64,000 bases of DNA, taken from assembly GCA_964016885.1 (NCBI GenBank), contig OZ024749.1, forward strand, positions 12,834,001 to 12,898,000. The letters run 5' to 3'. The position numbers were made by a program, and so were the translations under genes. The notes under the pieces were generated by a model that was not told the origin of the DNA, ran no database searches, and saw nothing but the letters and a program-made list of their open reading frames with translations. The stretch comes from Eledone cirrhosa (Eukaryota). Of the stretch, positions 59,160 through 64,000 are shown one piece after another (the stretch's first letter is position 1; each line of letters begins with the position of its first letter).

Positions 59160-61610
59160 CCACTACACTGCTAGACATAAACCACCACCCAGTTTAACAC
59201 CCCCATCCGGTCCTCGGCTGTCTTTAATAGAATCTAGTCAACTACACTGCTAGACATAAACCACCACCCAGTTTAACACCCCCATCCGGTCCTCGGCTGT
59301 CTTTAATAGAATCTAGTCCACTACACTGCTAGACATAAACCACCACCCAGTTTAACACCCCCATCTGGTCCTCGGCTGTCTTTAATAGAATCTAGTCCAC
59401 TACACTGCAAGACATAAACCACCACCCTGTATAACACCCCCATCTGGTCCTCGGCTGTCTTTAATAGAATCTAGTCCACTACACTGCTAGACATAAACAA
59501 CCACCCAGTTTAACACCCCCATCAGGTCCTCGGCTGTCTTTAATAGAATCTAGTCCACTACACTGCTAGACATAAACCACCACACAGTTTAACATCACCA
59601 TCCGGTCCTCGGCTGTCTTTAATAGAATCAAGTCCACTACACTGCTAGACATAAACCACCACCCAGTTTAACACCCCCATCTGGTCCTCGGCTGTCTTTA
59701 ATAGAATCTAGTCCACTACACTGCTAGACATAAACCACCACCCAGTTTAACATCACCATCCGGTCCTCGGCTGTCTTTAATAGAATCTAGTCCACTACAC
59801 TGCTAGACATAAACCACCACCCAGTTTAAAACCCCCATCTGGTCCTCGGCTGTCTTTAATAGAATCTAGTCCACTACACTGCTAGACATAAACCACTACC
59901 CAGTTTAACACCCCCATCAGGTCCTTGGCTGTCTTTAATAGAATCTAGTCTACTACACTGCTAGACATAAACCACCACCCAGTTTAAGACCCCCATCTGG
60001 TCCTCGGCTGTCTTTAATAGAATGTAGTCCACTACACTGCTAGACATAAACCACCACCCAGTTTAACACCACCATCTGGTCCTCGGCTGTCTTTAATAGA
60101 ATCTAGTCCACTACACTGCTAGACATAAACCACCACCCAGTTTAACACCCCCATCTGGTCCTCGGCTGTCTTTAATAGAATCTAGTCCACTACACTGCTA
60201 GACATAAACCACCACCCAGTTTAACATCACCATCCGGTCCTCGGCTGTCTTTAATAGAATCTAGTCCACTACACTGCTAGACATAAACCACCACCCAGTT
60301 TAACACCCCCATCTGGTCCTCGGCTGTCTTTAATAGAATCTAGTCCACTACACTGCTAGACATAAACCACCACCCAGTTTAACACCCCCATCTGGTCCTC
60401 GGCTGTCTTTAATAGAATCTAGTCCACTACACTGCTAGACATAAACCACCACCCAGTTTAACACCCCCATCTAGTCCTCGGCTGTCTTTAATAGAATCTA
60501 GTCCACTACACTGCTAGACATAAAACACCACCCAGTTTAACACCCCCATCCGGTCCTCGGCTGTCTTTAATAGAATCTAGTCAACTACACTGCTAGACAT
60601 AAACCACCACCCAGTTTAACACCCCCATCCGGTCCTCGGCTGTCTTTAATAGAATCTAGTCCACTACACTGCTAGACATAAACCACCACCCAGTTTAACA
60701 CCCCCTTCTGGTCCTCGGCTGTCTTTAATAGAATCTAGTCCACCACACTGCAAGACATAAACCACCACCCTGTATAACACCCCCATCTGGTCCTCGGCTG
60801 TCTTTAATAGAATCTAGTCCACTACACTGCTAGACATAAACCACCACCCAGTTTAACACCCCCAACATGTCCTCGGCTGTCTTTAATAGAATCTAGTCCA
60901 CTACACTGCTAGACATAAACCACCACCCAGTTTAACATCACCATCCGGTCCTCGGCTGTCTTTAATATAATCTAGTCCACTACACTGCTAGACATAAACC
61001 ACCACCCAGTTTAACACCCCAATCTGGTCCTCGGCTGTCTTTAATAGAATCTAGTCCACTACACTGCTAGACATAAACCACCACCCAGTTTAACACCACC
61101 ATCTGGTCCTCGGCTGTCTTTAATAGAATCTAGTCCACTACACTGCTAGACATAAACCACCACCCAGTTTAACACCCCCATCAGGTCCTCGGCTGTCTTT
61201 AATAGAATCTAGTCCACTACACTGCTAGACATAAACCACCACCCAGTTTAACACCTCCATCCGGTCCTCGGCTGTCTTTAATAGAATCTAGTCAACTACA
61301 CTGCTAGACATAAACCACCACCCAGTTTAACACCCCCATCCGGTCCTCGGCTGTCTTTAATAGAATCTAGTCCACTACACTGCTAGACATAAACCACCAC
61401 CCAGTTTAACACCCCCATCTGGTCCTCGGCTGTCTTTAATAGAATCTAGTCCACTACACTGCAAGACATAAACCACCACCCTGTATAACACCCCCATCTG
61501 GTCCTCGGCTGTCTTTAATAGAATCTAGTCCACTACACTGCTAGACATAAACAACCACCCAGTTTAACACCCCCATCAGGTCCTCGGCTGTCTTTAATAG
61601 AATCTAGTCC
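59160..61610. repeat. Three copies of a GTCAAC / GCAAGAC-CCTGTATAAC cassette, 17 and 9 monomers apart
   Basis: GCAAGAC at 59409, 60752, 61463 (1343 = 17x79; 711 = 9x79). Each lies two monomers after a GTCAAC monomer. Confidence 0.82.
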
Positions 61611-62238
61611 ACTACACTGCTAGACATAAACCACCACCCAGTTTAACACTCCCATCTGGTCCTCGGCTGTCTTTAATAGAATCTAGTCCACTACACTGCT
61701 AGACATAAACCACCACCCTGTTTAACACCCCCATCTAGTCCTCGGCTGTCTTTAATAGAATCTAGTCCACTACACTGCTAGACATAAACCACCACCCAGT
61801 TTAACACTCCCATCTGGTCCTCGGCTGTCTTTAATAGAATCTAGTCCACTACACTGCTAGACATAAACCACCACCCTGTTTAACACCCCCATCTAGTCCT
61901 CGGCTGTCTTTAATAGAATCTAGTCCACTACACTGCTAGACATAAACCACCACCCTGTTTAACACCCCCATCTAGTCCTCGGCTGTCTTTAATAGAATCT
62001 AGTCCACTACACTGCTAGACATAAACCACCACCCTGTTTAACACCCCCATCTAGTCCTCGGCTGTCTTTAATAGAATCTAGTCCACTACACTGCTAGACA
62101 TAAACCACCACCCAGTTTAACACCTCCATCTAGTCCTCGGCTGTCTTTAATAGAATCTAGTCCACTACACTGCTAGACATAAACCACCACCCAGTTTAAC
62201 ACCCCCATCTGGTCCTCGGCTGTCTTTAATAGAATCTA

Positions 62239-63559
62239 GTCCACTACACTGCTAGACATAAACTACCACCCAGTTTAACACCCCCATCTGGTCCTCGGCT
62301 GTCTTTAATAGAATCTAGTCCACTACACTGCTAGACATAAACCACCACCCAGTTTAACACCCCCATCTGGTCCTCGGCTGTCTTTAATAGAATCTAGTCC
62401 ACTACACTGCTAAACATAAACCACCACCCAGTTTAACACCCCCATCTGGTCCTCGGCTGTCTTTAATGGAATCTAGTCCACTACACTGCTAGACATAAAC
62501 CACCACCCAGTTTAACACCCCCATCTGGTCCTCGGCTGTCTTTAATAGAATCTAGTCCACTACACTGCTAGACATAAACCACCACCCAGTTTAACACCCC
62601 CATCTGGTCCTCGGCTGTCTTTAATAGAATCTAGTCCACTACACTGCTAGACATAAACCACCACCCAGTTTAACACCCCCATCTGGTCCTCGGCTGTCTT
62701 TAATAGAATCTAGTCCACTACACTGCTAGACATAAACCACCACCCAGTTTAACACCCCCATCTGGTCCTCGGCTGTTTTTAATAGAATCTAGTCCACTAC
62801 ACTGCTAGACATAAACCACCACCCAGTTTAACACCCCCATCTGGTCCTCGGCTGTCTTTAATAGAATCTAGTCCACTACACTGCTAGACATAAACCACCA
62901 CCCAGTTTAACACCCCCATCTGGTCCTCGGCTGTTTTTAATAGAATCTAGTCCACTACACTGCTAGACATAAACCACCACCCAGTTTAACACCCCCATCT
63001 GGTCCTCGGCTGTCTTTAATAGAATCTAGTCCACTACACTGCTAGACATAAACCACCACCCAGTTTAACACCCCCATCTGGTCCTCGGCTGTCTTTAAAA
63101 GAATCTAGTCCACTACACTGCTAGACATAAACCACCACCCAGTTTAACACCCCCATCTGGTCCTCGGCTGTCTTTAAAAGAATCTAGTCCACTACACTGC
63201 TAGACATAAACCACCACCCAGTTTAACACCCCCATCTGGTCCTCGGCTGTCTTTAATAGAATCTAGTCCACTACACTGCTAAACATAAACCACCACCCAG
63301 TTTAACACCCCCATCTGGTCCTCGGCTGTCTTTAATGGAATCTAGTCCACTACACTGCTAGACATAAACCACCACCCTCTTTAACACCCCCATCTGGTCC
63401 TCGGCTGTCTTTCATAGAATCTAGTCCACTACACTACTAGACATAAACCACCACCTTGTTTAACACCCCCATCTGGTCCTCGGCTGTCTTTAATAGAATC
63501 TAGTCCACTACACTGCTAGACATAAACTACCACCCAGTTTAACACCCCCATCTGGTCCT
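62239..63559. repeat. Copy B of the long-range duplicated block, identical to 1-1321
   Basis: All diagnostic variants recur at offset 62,238. The first mismatch is C1322 versus A63560 (CCTCGG vs CCTAGG). Confidence 0.93.
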
Positions 63560-64000
63560 AGGCTGTCTTTAATAGAATCTAGTCCACTACACTGCTAGAC
63601 ATAAACTACAACCCAGTTTAACACCCCCATCTGGTCCTCGGCTGTCTTTAATAGAATCTAGTCCACTACACTGCTAGACATAAACCACCACCCAGTTTAA
63701 CACCCCCATCTGGTCCTAGGCTGTCTTTAATAGAATCTAGTCCACTACACTGCTAGACATAAACTACCACCCAGTTTAACACCCCCATCTGGTCCTAGGC
63801 TGTCTTTAATAGAATCTAGTCCACTACACTGCTAGACATAAACTACAACCCAGTTTAACACCCCCATCTGGTCCTCGGCTGTCTTTAATAGAATCTAGTC
63901 CACTACACTGCTAGACATAAACCACCACCCAGTTTAACACCCCCATCTGGTCCTCGGCTGTCTTTAATAGAATCTAGTCCACTACACTGCTAGACATAAA

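Larger units (their letters stand above)
1..64000. repeat. 79-bp satellite tandem array, 810 full monomers plus a 24-bp partial; runs off both window ends
   Basis: GTCCACTACAC recurs at 1, 80, 159 ... 62239 ... 63977. Register arithmetic: 788x79=62252 versus observed offset 62238, which matches the 14 one-base deletions seen. Monomers mostly differ from consensus by 0-3 substitutions. No unique sequence and a single orientation throughout. Confidence 0.99.

Noticed and set aside
1-64000. CRISPR array
   Set aside because: There are no unique spacers: the entire 79 bp is repeated. No leader or cas genes are present.
1-64000. Protein-coding tandem repeat
   Set aside because: 79 is not a multiple of 3. 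On the plus strand, stops at monomer positions 15, 21, 38, 68, 71 and 78 limit open stretches to about 33 codons in the consensus. On the minus strand, all three frames are stopped within each monomer.
1-64000. Assignment to a named satellite family, CENP-B box or telomeric repeat
   Set aside because: I do not recognise the monomer, and there is no canonical CENP-B box or TTAGGG-type unit. A Dfam, Repbase or BLAST search would be needed, and centromere function cannot be read from sequence alone.
1-64000. Variant pattern as an encoded message or a programmed diversification system
   Set aside because: Ordinary point mutation plus in-register duplication explains the patterns. No recombinase, reverse transcriptase or template/variable pair is present.

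Overview
The whole window is one uninterrupted, head-to-tail tandem array (satellite DNA) of a 79-bp monomer. The consensus is GTCCACTACACTGCTAGACATAAACCACCACCCAGTTTAACACCCCCATCTGGTCCTCGGCTGTCTTTAATAGAATCTA (about 47% GC; A22 C27 G10 T20). There are 810 full monomers plus a 24-bp partial one, all in the same orientation. I found no genes, RNA genes, transposon insertions, inversions or CRISPR spacers, and I cannot support a novel gene system here. I also cannot name the satellite family or the organism; a homogeneous array of this size is most typical of eukaryotic centromeric or heterochromatic DNA (inference). The information lies in the variant pattern: nested higher-order repeats (HORs) of 2-47 monomers, two multi-kb HOR families (about 8.6-25.9 kb and 32.7-45.5 kb), an exact 1,321-bp re-occurrence of the window start 62,238 bp downstream, very strong length conservation (14 single-base deletions, no insertions), and internal repeat, hairpin and G-tract structure within the monomer. 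All coordinates and counts were read by eye.
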